DNA of 64,000 nucleotides from Elsinoe ampelina (Eukaryota): NCBI GenBank assembly GCA_010093995.1, contig ML992506.1, positions 244,832 to 308,831 of the forward strand, read 5' to 3'. Shown piece by piece: positions 50,590 to 64,000 of this stretch (position 1 is its first letter; each line of letters starts with the position of its first letter). The notes under the pieces were generated by a model. It saw only the letters and a program-made list of their open reading frames with translations, ran no database searches and was not told where the DNA came from. The position numbers and the translations under genes were made by a program.

Positions 50590-51239
50590 TCTGGTGGTAG
50601 TTTGCGCGACTGGGATGGGGGGTGGTGATGGATAGTTGGAGGATGAACAAAATAGACAGGGGGAATGACATACTTATGCAATGACAAATCAACGGCAGGG
50701 GACTACGAAATATCCATTGATTTCTGCATCGTTTCGTGGCAGCTGCAATGAGGGGCATGACGTGTGAGGGGCTAGCCCCTCGTTCGTTTCTCATTGGCCT
50801 CTTGGGCTCCACTCCCCATTGAACTCGGATGCTGAGGCCGGATTTTGATGGTCTGGTAGAGAATTGATCTGACGTTTTCCTGTTTGACCGAGAATTGGTG
50901 CTATTCAACTAGGTCCAAGCCGGTGTCAGTCGAGGCAGAAGACGGACGAAGGAGAAGTGTGACGGGCAGTGGAGGCAAGATCGTGACGAGCTTCATTTCC
51001 CATGTGAGTATGTATTGACCAAAAGGTCTGCTTGTACAGCTTGTATATGTCTCATATCAGTCATGCAATCATGTCCGCAGTTGCTTCGAGGAGCAGTTAT
51101 GCCAACCAAACGCCATCGCTAAAACGCCGTGCTCATGAGACGTGCAGTATTCCCGACCCCATAAACGCGCCAGTGGGTATGTTAATATCAGATCTTCCGC
51201 ACCTGTATTCCATCTCTTGTGTTGGACACCAAATTTGGC

Positions 51240-54024
51240 TCAAGTCGCAGCGAACCTCGAGGCAGTGGTATCCGCACTGCCTTGTCGCTCCCGATGGCTT
51301 GTGCCCTCACCACTTGCGTGGCTGTCCTTACCAGCGCTATCGCGCTTGCAAATTCCAAAGATGCCGAGTCCCCGTTGAAGACTTCCCTTCTCATGATGCC
51401 CGCCCTCAGCAGTGCTTGATCTCCGTTCTTCATTCTCGCCCAATCGCGGCTCCTCCCAGATCGGGTCGACAACCTTTCGCATTGGCTTGACAAGGTTGAG
51501 CGCGATAGGGAGGAGACTACCAGCAGCGAAAGCGGCCACGGCAACAGCCATGGCATATCTTGCATCCCTGTTCATGCCAGCGACGTAGCTGAGAGCAGGG
51601 AAGAGGGCGCCACCTCCAATCGCAGCAGTGAGAGCAATGGAGGCATCCTTGGTGTGCTTGCCCATGCCTCTCAGCGATTGAGCAAAGATCAGGCTGAAAA
51701 GAGGTCCCTCGAAGAAGTAGCTGACTACCAGAAGGGCGATGGCAGTGTCGCCAGTGAAGTTCATGGTAAGCGTTGAGAAAAGGATGCTGCCGAGGAAGAA
51801 GAATAGTAGGAGGACACGAGGCTTCATCCAGAGACCAAGGAACGCGGCGACAAATCTACTAATCGCAAAGGCGGTATGAGATATGGACATGAAATCTGTA
51901 ACATTCGTCTGGGGCCGTACGAATGATGTGTAGTTATCGTAATTGGTGGAGTACACTTCTTGCGCACCGACGTAGCAGAACTGTGAGATGACTCCAAGGG
52001 CTAGGATCGGCCAGATGATACGGACCGTCTTGTTATCCAAGAACGGTAGCGATAAAGTCGCGTAGTGCGCATGATCCATGCGCTCACAAGCATCTTCGAG
52101 CTCGGCATCTGTGGCTTCTGGCAACGGCACGTAGTAGTAACCAAAAGCCAAGAAGATGGTGAAGAGAGCGATACCAAGATATGCCCACTGAGTATTAATG
52201 AGTGATGGTGCATCATTTGTGTACTTGGTGAAAGCTTTTTTCGCAATGAGTGGCGCAACGATTGTACCAATAGCTTGGAATCCTTGTGAGAGGTTGAGGC
52301 GAATCTCAGCGTATTGCTGTGGACCGCATAGTGTGATGAAAGGATTGGCACCGGCTTCAAGGATGGAGAGTCCAACACCAACAATGAAGTTGACGATCAG
52401 GTAGGCAGGGAAGGATGTCAACACAGCGGCGACCCAAAAGATCAAAGTACCGCAGGCATATATGCCGAGTCCAACGTTGTAGCAGGCCTTGAAGCCCCAC
52501 TTCTTGAGAACCAGGCGGCCGACTGTCAAAGATCCGGCGAAATAGCCAACAAAGTAGGCGCTGTGTAGTCCGACCGTCTGGCTGGCAGTCTGTCGAGCGA
52601 CAGTCTGGAATTGTCTATTGAGCACATCCAACAGACCATACTCGAAGCCCCAGACGAAGAATAGGATAGTGACCATTGTAATTGGGAAGACAGATTCGCG
52701 ATTCGTCATCTGAACCATGCTTCGTTTGCCCTGCATATTGACAAAGTCGAAAAAGGTCGGCGAAGCAACGTGAGTATCTCTTGACGTATTGGTCAGTACT
52801 GTGTCGGTCCTGCGGAGAGGATTGTTGTCAGATGCTACCCCTGGTGATCGAGGACCATTCATTTCAGGTGTCGTCAGGAATTGCATCATGTCCATTTCAG
52901 CGTTGTGCTGTAGCGGTTGAGGTCTGAATGAGTTCCTATGTGCCGGTGCTGGCGTTTGAGGAGCAAAGTCGCGATGCTGGAATTCTCCGCTTGTTGTAGG
53001 ACCCCATGAAGGGATGCGTTGTGCTTCGATCATCTGCTCTGCCTGGTTGGTTGAAGTTCGCTCAGTGGTAGGTTGACTATCGTCGTGAATGAATTTCGGA
53101 GCAATTCGAGAAGCCAAGGGCTTCAAACCCGGAACACAGGCGCACATGATTCCCACGTTGACCTCGATCGCAGTCCACATAAAGCTGAGACTCGCGTACC
53201 AACTAAAGTCTGCGAGGTCAACATTTGGGTCATCTGTGCCAGTGTTCTGAATCTGCTGCAGGCGGTACGTCGAGGCGCTTTGCAGATAAGCCACTCGGAT
53301 GACATCAACTACAGCGACAAAGGCACCAAAGCTGAACGTGATGACCAAGATGATCTTCTGCTTCTTCGGAAGTCGCATGCCAGTCAAGATCGGCATGGGT
53401 AACAGCAGGATGGCCAGATCGGTGATGATGTTGACCGGCGAGGAAGAGAGGTAGATGGTGACCACGTCAGTGCACTGTGCATTTGCAGGTCGAGGCCAGG
53501 TGTAGGCTGCGGAAGGTGGAGTACACTGAAAAGCAGTGAACATGGTCAGGGCGAATCCGACAGCATTGACAACTACCAGTGTCGCTATCGTAGCCCATCG
53601 GAAGACCTTGTTCGACTTTGATAGCGTAAGGTAGAAGACCAGAATCGAGGTCTTCTCGGCCATAAGAGCAGGTTGATATAGCATCGAAAAGGCGAACTGA
53701 GATCTTCGAAGTGGTAGTTGCCATGAATTGGGCACGTCGGCTTCATGTCGACCTAGTCCGACTGTCGCGCCGTAGCAGATAGTAAAGGCAAGTCCAAATG
53801 CAATGACCTGTCTCAATCAGAACCCGACATACAACCTCTTTCATGCCTGGACTTACCCATGCCACTCCCATGATGTGGTCGTCCAGAGTGACTCGTTTGA
53901 CGACCCATATCCGTGAGAGGAACCGGAAGGCGACAAACAGCGTGGCAAGAGTGAAGACGGCGATCGTGACTGCAAACACAGTCACAGATCGACCTTCCAT
54001 ACTGGCCACACCTGCGCCGTCCAT
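51240..54024 (-). CDS. Fusion: PTH11-like 7TM (fungal rhodopsin-like) domain + FucP/GGP-type MFS transporter
   Basis: N-half: LDDHIMGVAW, GLGRH, KTSILVFY, FQCTP, NIITDLAIL, IEVNVGIMCACVP. C-half: LFFVWGFEYGLLDVLN, LEAGANPFI, RLNLSQGFQAIG, FFEGPLF. One continuous frame after an intron at about 53809-53856. Confidence 0.88.
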
Positions 54025-57000
54025 GTTGGCGGTGTGTGCCCTCTACCAGACTAATGATATTGCAAACTCAGCTCTTGCGCCATTCCCAAACTCATTCTCC
54101 GATAGATCCACTAGGCGGACTCGGCGGGAAGACTCGACGTCGGACTCGGGCTGGTCAAAAAGGTTCGAGGCAATCGTGCAGATTCTTGCTCGGCAGATGT
54201 CCCGATACCAGGATTTCGTGTTACTGTCCGACAGCTTCGCAATGTAACGTCTAGCATTCACACACCTGAGGAGAGTGGAGAGTCGTCCAATACACAAACA
54301 GTTCCTGAGAGGGAAGAAACGATCGAACGAGTGAACCAAGTGTCAAAGCAGGGTCGAGCTTGGTGGATTACGTTTCGAGCAAAAGACGGAAGTGGATCTG
54401 AGTATTTCCGGACTCGACCGTGGGTAAGGGAAGGTGGGGGCCGGGGTATATCAGACGGGAGTGGGAGGGATCGGGCCCACCGAAAGACTGTGACAGGCGT
54501 CTGCCAGATCTGGGCATCAGAAGGACCAGGATTGAGATGTCTTTACGAGCGATGGCCAGGCATCTGCTCCCTGCGGGGTAGATGGCTAAGAGTACGGCCG
54601 GAGATGCAGCGGAGGATTTGCGGTCTAGGGAGGATGAGGAATACCGACGGGGGGGTCGAGTCTGGGAGGTAGAGACCAGCTCTTGGGATACAGGATGGCA
54701 TGGCGTCGATTTGCGTTTAGCTAGTTATCCTCGAGGGGCCGGCAAAATCAAAATCGTCAGAGATGGCGGGTCTTTTTCGAGAGATGACGTTGTGGCGTCA
54801 CCTCGGGCTCTCTTCTCCGCAAAAAAAGTCGATAAATTCAGATGGTGTTGACTCAACCTCGGTGGCGTGTCGATGATTCATGAGTCGTGCGTAGTAGACA
54901 TATGCACGACATCGATGGCAGTGTTGCTGGCAAAAACTTCATAAAGGAGAGACGACGCTGAAGCCCCCAACGATTCCATTAACTTACCTCAAAAATGTCT
55001 TTCTGTGGTCACGCTGCGAGATGCCAGATATACCCGCAAAGTGATGCTCAGACATTAACTTATGTTGATTCTTGGCGTGTGTATCCTTTGAATCGTTAGC
55101 TATCCCTTCTGTCCCGGTGCCGCGACTTACATCCCACGAGTAGGAAGCACTCCACTTTAGCTACTTCGCAATTCATTCTTATTTTCATGCTCAACATTTC
55201 ATGCTCGCATCGAATTAATTAATTTTTTTTTTGGCGAGTGTTGAGGGGCTGAGATCGTAAGTGACTGGCACGGTGAGGTTCACTCCCCAGCCAGAGCGCG
55301 TTTCACCACCGAACTGTCATTGCGAGCAGTGATGTGCCCAAAGCCCGCAGACTAGGGTACCAAGAGCGTGAGAATTTCACGTCTCAGGCGACAGTAGTGA
55401 CGCTGTTGTCCTCCGACGCCGAGCATTAGATCGTGAGCGACTGCGGCAATGGGTACGAGCAGCGACATAGAAAGACACAGCTTCCCATCACTCGACAGCA
55501 GCTACAAGAAGATGAAAAGAGTCGTTGACTTGACTATGGGGCAATGAATTACACTGTAGAATGATGCGCTCTCCTATCGAAGAGCACGAAGGGATCTGGG
55601 AGAATGATAGTGCATCAACGACGACCCATGTTTGGATTCGCACAGCTCCCACCAGCCTCGATCCGACATGCCTGGGCTAGCTCCGAAGCACGTCAGGTAG
55701 AAGGTCGTCTAATCGAGACGAAGAGCTATCAAGTGCAGCAGTCGATCGGCTAGCATTCGCAACCGGAAAGACCCTGAGCACATATGGGGGAACATACTTG
55801 ACAAGTTGAGCGAAACAGTGGGAATAATGCAGGATTTCCGTGAACCACAACTCGTCTTCTCGGCCACAGGCACAAAACTACTGTTCAAAACAAGTCCGAG
55901 TCGACTGAAACTACTAGATGCCACGAAGAACTTTGTTACCTTTCTGGAGAAAACTGTAGATCTGGACTTTGTTTAAACAGATCGGCTCTATGTTGATATC
56001 GGCAAGTAGATCTGTCCTCATGTAGGCTTTTTTGTACCGCCAGAACGACATCCTTCTACAGGAAGAGATGAAGCCCAAGTGTTCATGTGGAAGAGATGCT
56101 GCGTGGAGGAGTACATGAATTGGGTGTATGACGGGAAGCCTCCCGGTTATGGCACAGGTCGACTGTACTTCGAACACATCATGCTGCACAAGGGATGCAG
56201 CCTGACCAGTGTCATCCCGAAAGCCTCACTTCTTCGCCAGGGTGGACTTGTCAATTCGACGGGTCCGTGAAGGAGCTTTCAGATGCGACCAAGTGCGCTC
56301 GCTTCGCCCATGACAGTTTCAAGAGCTGACCCTAGGTCCTAAATTTTTCAAAAGGTACTCATTAGGCTGCAGGTGAGCATCGGCGAGGCGGTGAAATGGT
56401 GGGAAAAGGCCTACTTAGCCAGCAAGAAACGGGCTGATCTGGCCATCCCGAGACTCGATGGGTAAGTCGTTTGTTCCACGTGAAGAGCACCGTATGCGCT
56501 GAGATTTGTTCTGTGCTTACTGGAACGAATTGAAGCGGCGGAGAACGAGGAGGCTAGAAAGTAGAGCGAGACGACGTTGGACCACGTTCATGCGGGTTCA
56601 CGATCTGTATATTCTGTTCACATCAGTAGCTCTGTGCGTGGAACGAATTCCATTGCGTTCCGACTCTCTATGTATTGACGGTAACGACTGTGTATACATC
56701 CAACCTGAATAGCGTGCGAAAAGCGGATAATGTCTGCAATGCTTCGGAGCCGGGGCCCAGTATCGAAACAATAGGAGGCATCATTCTCAAGTCCACGACC
56801 AAGCAGGTATTTAGTCTGTTCTTCCAAGCATGTGGGATATTGCAAGGGAAAGAAGGTCGGCCACTTTCCCCGAGAAGCTCCAACTTAGGTATCAGGAGGT
56901 GCACTTGTCTTTGAAAGAGCCGCAATGGCAGCTGCACCCGTGTTAGCCCAGTTTGCTTCATTGCAAGCGACACTAGACCTACTTTGTTCGCACGAGAGAT

Positions 57001-57624
57001 TTTCCATCAGCGACGCACTCAGGAGGGAATGCAGATCCACCGTCACATTTGGTAGGGCAGTTCTTAGGACCATATCCTGTTCCAGGAAGGAGCTGCATCA
57101 ATTAGGAAAATTGGCCGAAGTTGAACGACAGATTTATACATACACAGCAATGTTCACCGGATGCATATTTGCACTGGTAAAGTCCATCACAAGCATAGGC
57201 CGTTGACGCGAGGATCATGAGACCAGCGAAAGGGATCGTGAAGTGAACCATAGTAGAAGAATATATCGATGTGACTGAAATAAAAAGAGCTGATATCGGA
57301 GTGATAGTACGGACCTACGCGATCAACGTTCAGATCTTGTAGGCTGTTGTAGTGGTAAAAGCGAAGAGGGATCTGTGAAGGAGAATGGGTTATGTAGGTA
57401 TGGAGATCCTACCTTAAATAGTGAAGAACACGTTACATTACCACGCCGTATGATCTTCACGACGTTAGGGTAGGGCTTTTTCAGGATCGTGACATTCGTA
57501 GGCGTCAATTGGAAACGTGGATCGATAGTATAGAGAGAGAGCCGCCTTTTGAGTTGACGCACAGGATCAGGATTGGACTCTGATTCCTAGCCCTCCACTG
57601 ATTTAAAGCTAAGCCCCCTCCCTA

Positions 57625-60600
57625 ACCGGGCCTTTCGTCTACTTCAGGTAATACTCGGTGTCGATCACCGAGCCTAAAGAAGTTCCTTCTTTAGGCCCCT
57701 TAGCCGAATAAAACTGCTTTAGCTTAATGAAACTCCCTATACAAAACTGTTAGAGATAATTTAAAATGCTTATAACTCTACTAGGAAGATTAGGAAACAC
57801 TTAAAAATCTTATAGAAGATAGAGGAAATAAAGATAATTTAAATAAGATATAGAATTTCATTGTAACCCTTAGGTATTATTGTAAATTAGTAAAAACTCC
57901 TATACTTCTTAGCACTTCTTAAGCTCTCTAGATTAAACTAGGAACTATTCTCTAATTATTCTCCTATGACTCCTAAGACCCTCTTAGTATGCTTAAGAGG
58001 TTACTAAATCACTTCTTGTTCTTAATCTCTATAGAATCTAATAGCCTCTTCTTTGTCTCTATAGTCTTAAAGGCGTCCTAAATCTCCTAAAGGTGCTTAA
58101 TAAAGTTCTAAAGCCCTTTAAGGTTCTTAGTAGGATTAGCATCTCTAGGGATGTCTACCTAAAGGTACTTAGTGGATTTAGGAATACTAATAAGGCTCCT
58201 AATAGTCCTATTACTAGGCTTAGGCTTAGGAAGCTTCTCTAGGGTGTCTAAGGTCCTTAGCTTCTTCTAGTACTCTATAAACTGTTAGTAGCATTCAGGA
58301 GAGCTTAAGAAGTATATACTACTTAGGCTATACTTGGCCTGGCTATTATTATAGCTATAGTTAGTATAGGCACCCTTTAGGAGCTCTAGGACCTCTCTAG
58401 GAGCTCTAAGAGTAACCTTAAAAGTGACACAGCTCTTGAATTTCCCTAATCCTCCTAAGATACACCTAGTGTACCTATTATTCCCTAAATGCACTATATG
58501 TCTAGAAGCTGCCTAAATCATTAGGGCAATCAGGTAGTTAGTGTTAGACTTAGAAAGGCTAAATAAATCTCCTAGAACCTTTAGGTTAATCTCCTAAGTT
58601 GCCTAAAAGGCCCTAGTAGTGCTACTAAATGTTTTAAGGCTACTATTAATAAGGGCCTTAATAGGCTTTAGAAGGTTCTTAAGCTCCTAATTACTTATAA
58701 TCTTAAGGGCGTTCTAAATGACCTAAGCATTGTTAAGGTTAAACTAAATAGCCTTGTTATCTATAAATGTTAGAAGGGTTAGGAATGTTAGGAGACTTAA
58801 GAACTTACTAATAGAAATTAAAGTAGCTACAGGAGACTCCTTAGTAGTTATGTTGTTAATAACTGTTAGGTCTAGCTTCCTATATGCTATAATAGCTTAA
58901 GGGATCTTCTTATATGTCTTAGAGGTACTTACTAGCTATAGAAAACTATCTAAGCTTTATGAATTAGTTAATGTTAAGGGGAATTAAGGTAGATTAAGGA
59001 GATTAAGAAGATCCTAGGTCCTAATAATTAAATGCCCTTTTAGGGGTCTTTAGGGGAGAATTCCTCCTAAAGGTTTAAGTAATAATTAGGAAGACTAGGA
59101 ACTTACTAGTAGAACTTACAGAATATATAGAGTAGAATAAAGAAAGGATAGAGGAATTAAAAGAGAATAAAACTCTTATAGAGTCTTTTAGAGCTAGTAA
59201 TAGATTAGAATAATAATAACACAATAGGATACAATTAACATATAATACTAAATGTTAAGATAAATAGAAGATTATAAGATATTTAAAGATATAAGAAGGG
59301 ATTATAAACTCTATAGCCTACTTAAATATCTACTATATAAATTAACTCTAGTTCTACTAAGTTAAGTAGTCCTAGAAGGACAGCTAAGTATACTACTATA
59401 TAGACTATAAACCCTGTAGTGTTAGAAGCTAATAAGAGTGCCCTTATTAAGAATAAATAAAGTTATATAAGACTAGCTATTAATGCTAAAGACCTAGAGG
59501 ACTCTACTACTTCTCTGTCTAATCCTAGGGCCTTAAGTAAGATTCACCTTGTTTAATAGGTTAAGTAAGAACCTTATTAACATCCTACTAGCTAGTAGAC
59601 TTAGTATTACTCTTAGCTTACTCCTCTAGAAGTTTCTAAGAGACTTGCCCTCTAGTTATCTCTCCTCTAAACTTAAGTAGCTAGTCCTATACTTCCTAGA
59701 TGTTGTTAAGGTTAGTTATACTATTCTCCCTTATAAATTCAAGCATCCTCTAAGCTCTAGTTAATTTAATGTCCTTCTTGCTATTAATAAGCCTTACTAT
59801 CTTATTAGCTTCCTTCTTGTCTTTATACTTAAGCTTTGCCTTCTTCTTTTAAGTCCTTGTCTTAGCTTCTAAGTAGTTATTAAGGAATGTTGTAGCTTTA
59901 TCCTTTATATAGAGGCCTTATCTTTAGATAATAGTCCTATCTTTCTAGTCTCTTTTAGCTTTCTAGACCTAGGCTTCTTATATAGATCTAAGCTTCTTAA
60001 TAAGATACTACCCTTGATTTAATTGCTTAATAGTACTAGAGATAAAGTTCTTTATTCTCTAAACTGTTAGACTTAGGACATTATTAGCTAGGAAGGCAAG
60101 ATTAGCAGTAATATACTTAGCTACTCTTTATGTTAATCTTAGAGTCTCTAGCTAGAAGGTAGGTACTCTTATAGGATCTTCTAGATAGTCTAGAAGCTTA
60201 GTATTATTATTATTATCTAGTTGACTCTATATAAGCTCTAGTCTATCTATAAAGAAGTATAGCTTCTTTAAGATTACTTCCTTGTTAGGAGGCTATAGTC
60301 TAGACTTTTTCTAGGAATGTCTAATAGTATTAGGCTTAAATGTCTACTTCCTGATTCTATAGATAGTATTTATAAAGTTAGCCTTTCTAAAGCTTAGAGA
60401 TCTAGACTTAATAGCAGAATCTACTACTTAACTATAGTAGTGCTTATATAGTTAGAAGCATCTAACATCTAGGGGTTGCATTAGATAGCTTATATAAGGA
60501 GGTAATAGATAGACTTTAACCCTGTACTTTTCTAAGAAGGTCTTAAACTTCTAAGTTAAATGACTTCTATAACTATTATAGAGTAAAAGCCTCTAAGGGA

Positions 60601-61661
60601 ACTTCTTATAGCTTCTTAGGCAGACCCCTAGAGATCTTGTCTCTTTCTTAAAGTGCTAAGCCTATTCCTAGGCAAGTTTATTATTAATATATCCAGAATC
60701 TGTATAAGCAATAGAGTACCCTCTATACTCTAGCTAACTCTTAAACATATATACTATAACTAGGATAGCCTTACTAAAGATAATTAAGAGGTCAATTACT
60801 CTACTAGTTATATTAATACATTCAACTATTGTTAATAACTCTCTATTCTTAGGAGCAGCCTTATACTGCTTAGCCTAAGCAAATAGTAAGATAATAGTTT
60901 AGTCTCTAGACATCTCTATTCTAAATCTACTTTTATTAAAGTTCTAACAGTTGTTAGGGACAATTCCAAACTCTCTAATAATCTAATAGTATTCTTTAAA
61001 CTATTTATAGAATGTGTTAGGATTATAAGCTTGCTTCCTTAACCACTTAAGTAGCTTTAGGCAAGTCTAATAAAGACTAAGTTAGGTCTAGAGCCATCTC
61101 TAGCACTATTGTATATTAAGCTAATTAGGATACTATATTAATCTTTTAGTGCAATTTATAAGGAAAGTAGTTATAATTGCTAGAAGATTTCTTCTTCTTA
61201 TAGAGAATCCTATTATATCTAGTGTTCTAAGATAGAGTACTATAGATTTACTCTATATTTTAGAGAGCCGGCTATTGTTATTCTACATCTTTAAGCGAGA
61301 TAGTACACCTTTCTAGTGTCTAAGAAGGCGTTAATAGTACTTTAGTTTATCTAAACTAAGGGCCTTAGTAGCGTCTTTTAGAGTTTTATACTAGCCTTTT
61401 TTGAAGTCTTTAAGGGCGATTTAAATCCTGGTTTCAATGTCTCTATAATCCTAAGCTTTGCCTTTCTTCTTAATAGAGTTTGTATTCAATTTTGATAGGC
61501 GTAGCTGACGTTATAGCATTTTAAAGAATTTACTAACAAATTTGTATAGGCAGTTTCATTAAGCTAAGGTAGTTTCATTCAGCTAATTGGCACTAGAAAG
61601 GAATCTTTCTGGTGCTTGGTGATCGACACCAAGATTACCCGAGTTAGACGGAGGGCACGGT
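57625..61661 (-). mobile_element. RIP-mutated Tc1/mariner-superfamily (pogo/Fot1/Pot2-like) DNA transposon, about 4.0 kb
   Basis: Imperfect TIRs of about 120 bp (57625-57744 and 61541-61661), with TA on both sides. The minus strand encodes a stop-riddled DDE transposase at about 59750-61516 (NFNKSRFRI, TIVECI, LLPPYISYLMQPLDVRCF). The body is very AT- and TpA-rich. Confidence 0.92.
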
Positions 61662-62320
61662 TAGTCAAGAAGTGAAGGGACAAGATCAAGCTTTTCTAAC
61701 GTGCACAAGGGAGTTACGTCCGTAGGAAGCACCACCCCTTGGGAAGCAGAGCGTTTCTAACAACTAATGATTGAGCCCAAGTAAGATGAAGTCTGACGCC
61801 CGACCGTTGCTAGCTCGATCGGGCAGTCGCCGAGAGAGCCGCACTCTTTTTATATAACAAGGGGCACCGGATTTTTTTTTGGGGGGGGGGGGGGGCAGCG
61901 AATAGCAATGTCCGCCCGAGCGGTGAGAACCTCACAAGACGTGACTCGGCAGTAGATCTTGCGTTGGTCAAAAGGCTCATCTTCGACTTGATGGGCATCA
62001 AATGTCTGATCAGCAACAATACTTCGTTCTCATGTCTCGTTCTGCTGCACAGAAGCAACCTCTGCACACGCGCTAGCCCTACTGCTGCGCCTATCGAAGG
62101 CATCTTCCGTCCAAAAAATCTGCTCGCACGCGCGGAAAACTTCGACACCTGCAAATTATGCCTCGACTACATCTGGACGGCGCGTAGTTTCCGAGATGGA
62201 TTTATCGGCAAGCTCGAATGGCATTCATACACACATGCTGAAATTAGTACCAGGAACCTGAGTACTGTTGGATCGGCTACTGCACAGATAATCGAACTTC
62301 ATTTGCCGAGTATGTGCAGG

Positions 62321-63045
62321 CTACATGTCTACACCATTTGCTCCGGTGCCTATGTCACCATTCAATCTCTTCCGTCTGGTAAGCGAAAGGCAAACAATCT
62401 CCCAGGAGAACCACTGCCAGTCACGGATCCCCCCCAGAGTGGCGATGTACAACGTATTCCGATCCTCTTTCATCCTCCCAAAGTGCGTCGCTGATGGGGA
62501 CTCAAAGTTTGTGGCATTGACTACCAGGTCGGTTGATTGTCCCACCCCGTCCCACTTGGACAAGTCTGTTCTGTGGGTTCAGAATGGCAAAGACTGTCCC
62601 ACGGAATGCCCAGTGATCGTGTCGCTGAATAGAGCGGTTCCATTCCGTCCATGGCGCGGCGCCGTGGGATGGTAGGCAGCGCCGTTCAGGGGAGCTGCCT
62701 CTGGAATATCTGCGACCTTGCCTGATAGCTACAGGGTCTTCATTAAAGTCATAGGCATACGTGCCGATGTTCCTGGTGCAGGGAAGTTCTCCCCTGGTTT
62801 GCTCAGTCTAACTGAAACGATGAAGACGTCCTCGTTGATCTCTGTGATCCCGTAGAGTGCGTTGATATTGGGATTGGCTGCTAGTTGCGAGATGGTTTCT
62901 TTCCCATCCTTGAAGCTCAGCATATAGGTGGCGTTACGTTGCCATCCCGTTGAATAGCACATCACCATTCCTGCGTACAGCTACATTCTCAAGTGCTATC
63001 CCGGTCAGGTGCTCGGAATATCTCTCGGAGTTGAACCCTGGGCAT
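62321..63045 (-). pseudogene. Frameshifted fungal beta-propeller (SMP-30/gluconolactonase-like) gene remnant
   Basis: Family-like segments in different frames: ALENVAVRRNGDVL, LYGITEINEDVFIV, VADIPEAAPLNG, PSATHFGRMKEDRNTLYIATLGG. Confidence 0.5.
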
Positions 63046-63636
63046 TTCCAACCACTCGCGGAGCCGCGAAGACTGCTAAGGTCTCATGGCGCCTGGACTG
63101 AAAGCGGACCAAAAGGAATGTGCGATCAAACGCCATCACGGAGCCTTGGACGTCATTGTATCTGATCACCCACTTTCTACCCTAGATGATGTATTACTCT
63201 CCGCAATGAACAGAGCGATACTCGTGTTACCCAGGAAATTTGATGACAGGTCGTCTTTCTTCCGCGAGCTGCCGAGTTGGGTGTCATGTTGCATCTGCTG
63301 CATATACACTAGCCAAATTCCTGTCAAGCACATGCTGGTGGGGAAACGAAGAGCTCGAACTGCACATCAAAACAAGCAGCAGATACGGAAGGCCCTGCAA
63401 TATGAAAGTATTCATAAATGGAAAGCTTCAAACAATGCATTTGCTCGCTAGTGTACCGAAGACCATTAAACGAAAAGCAAGGTATCATACATCTCTCCCT
63501 GGCTTTTGCTTCCTCATTACACCTCCCCGTCCTTCCCCCTTTTCTGCATCTTCATTTTGTGCGTCAAAGGACCCTTTCTCTTCCCCTTGTCCACCCTGCT
63601 CCCCAACATCCCTCCCCTTTTACGATCACGTTTGTC

Positions 63637-64000
63637 CTACAACAAAGCAGCAACACCCAAAACCGCCGCCACAACGCCCGCGACGGGCGTAGCGATAGCC
63701 GCACCTCCGGTAGCGCTCGTGGTTCCTGTCTGGAAAGCACTCCCGCTCGCGCGGCTGGAGGTGCTGCTCGTGGCCGCGGTGGTCTGGGCTTGGGTCGCGG
63801 TGGTCGAGCCGGTCTCGCCTGCTGCGGAGCGGGAGGCGGAGGCGGAGGCTGCGGAGCCGAAGCTGGAGTTCCTTGTCAGTATATGGTCCTGGCTACGGGG
63901 TCTGGGAAATGGCGGAGCAGAGGGGAGGGGATGGACAGGGAGAGGGAGAGGGCCCAAGGGGGAGGTCATGAGCACTCACTTCTTCGCCGCGTTGCAGTAC
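63637..64000 (-). CDS. 3' end of a Ser/Thr/Ala-rich, probably GPI-anchored protein; runs off the window end
   Basis: Last exon ...SAASASASRSAAGETGSTTATQ...GGAAIATPVAGVVAAVLGVAALL*. Intron donor GTGAGT at about 63979. Confidence 0.7.

Noticed and set aside
55500..57560. Short ORF fragments left of the transposon (e.g. VEEYMNWVYDG, BTB-like)
   Set aside because: Could not assemble a coherent gene model or a convincing domain by eye.
61964..62494. 176-aa plus-strand ORF
   Set aside because: Non-ATG start, no recognisable motif, and it overlaps the minus-strand propeller remnant.

Overview
Fungal (filamentous ascomycete) nuclear DNA with short GT-AG introns and CTRAC-type branch sites. Most of the window is ordinary housekeeping genes (CHY/RING E3, ABC1 kinase, UBC9, PEX19, MET6, complex I PSST subunit, Cce1/Ydc2, GLR1, etc.). 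The standout is a compact candidate dikaritin-type RiPP gene cluster at about 23.9-31.8 kb. It contains a secreted Kex2-processed precursor with six identical MTRGGTFY cores, three DUF3328/UstYa-like oxidases (each with two HxxHC motifs), an M3 metallo-oligopeptidase and a bZIP-ankyrin (bANK, TOXE/APS2-type) transcription factor, plus a shared candidate promoter motif. I do not recognise this core from described dikaritins. A second small secreted Cys-repeat precursor resembling alpha-type pheromones lies 1.25 kb away. Other notable elements are an intron-containing tRNA-Ala(CGC) followed by a decayed region with GIY-YIG-like and SNF2-like fragments and spaced palindromes, a PTH11-like/MFS fusion gene, a roughly 4 kb RIP-mutated pogo/Fot1 transposon, a putative CUG-initiated mitochondrial GLR1 isoform, and a long ORF with two in-frame UAG stops. 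All calls are by eye from sequence and translation, no searches were run, and exon boundaries are manual estimates.
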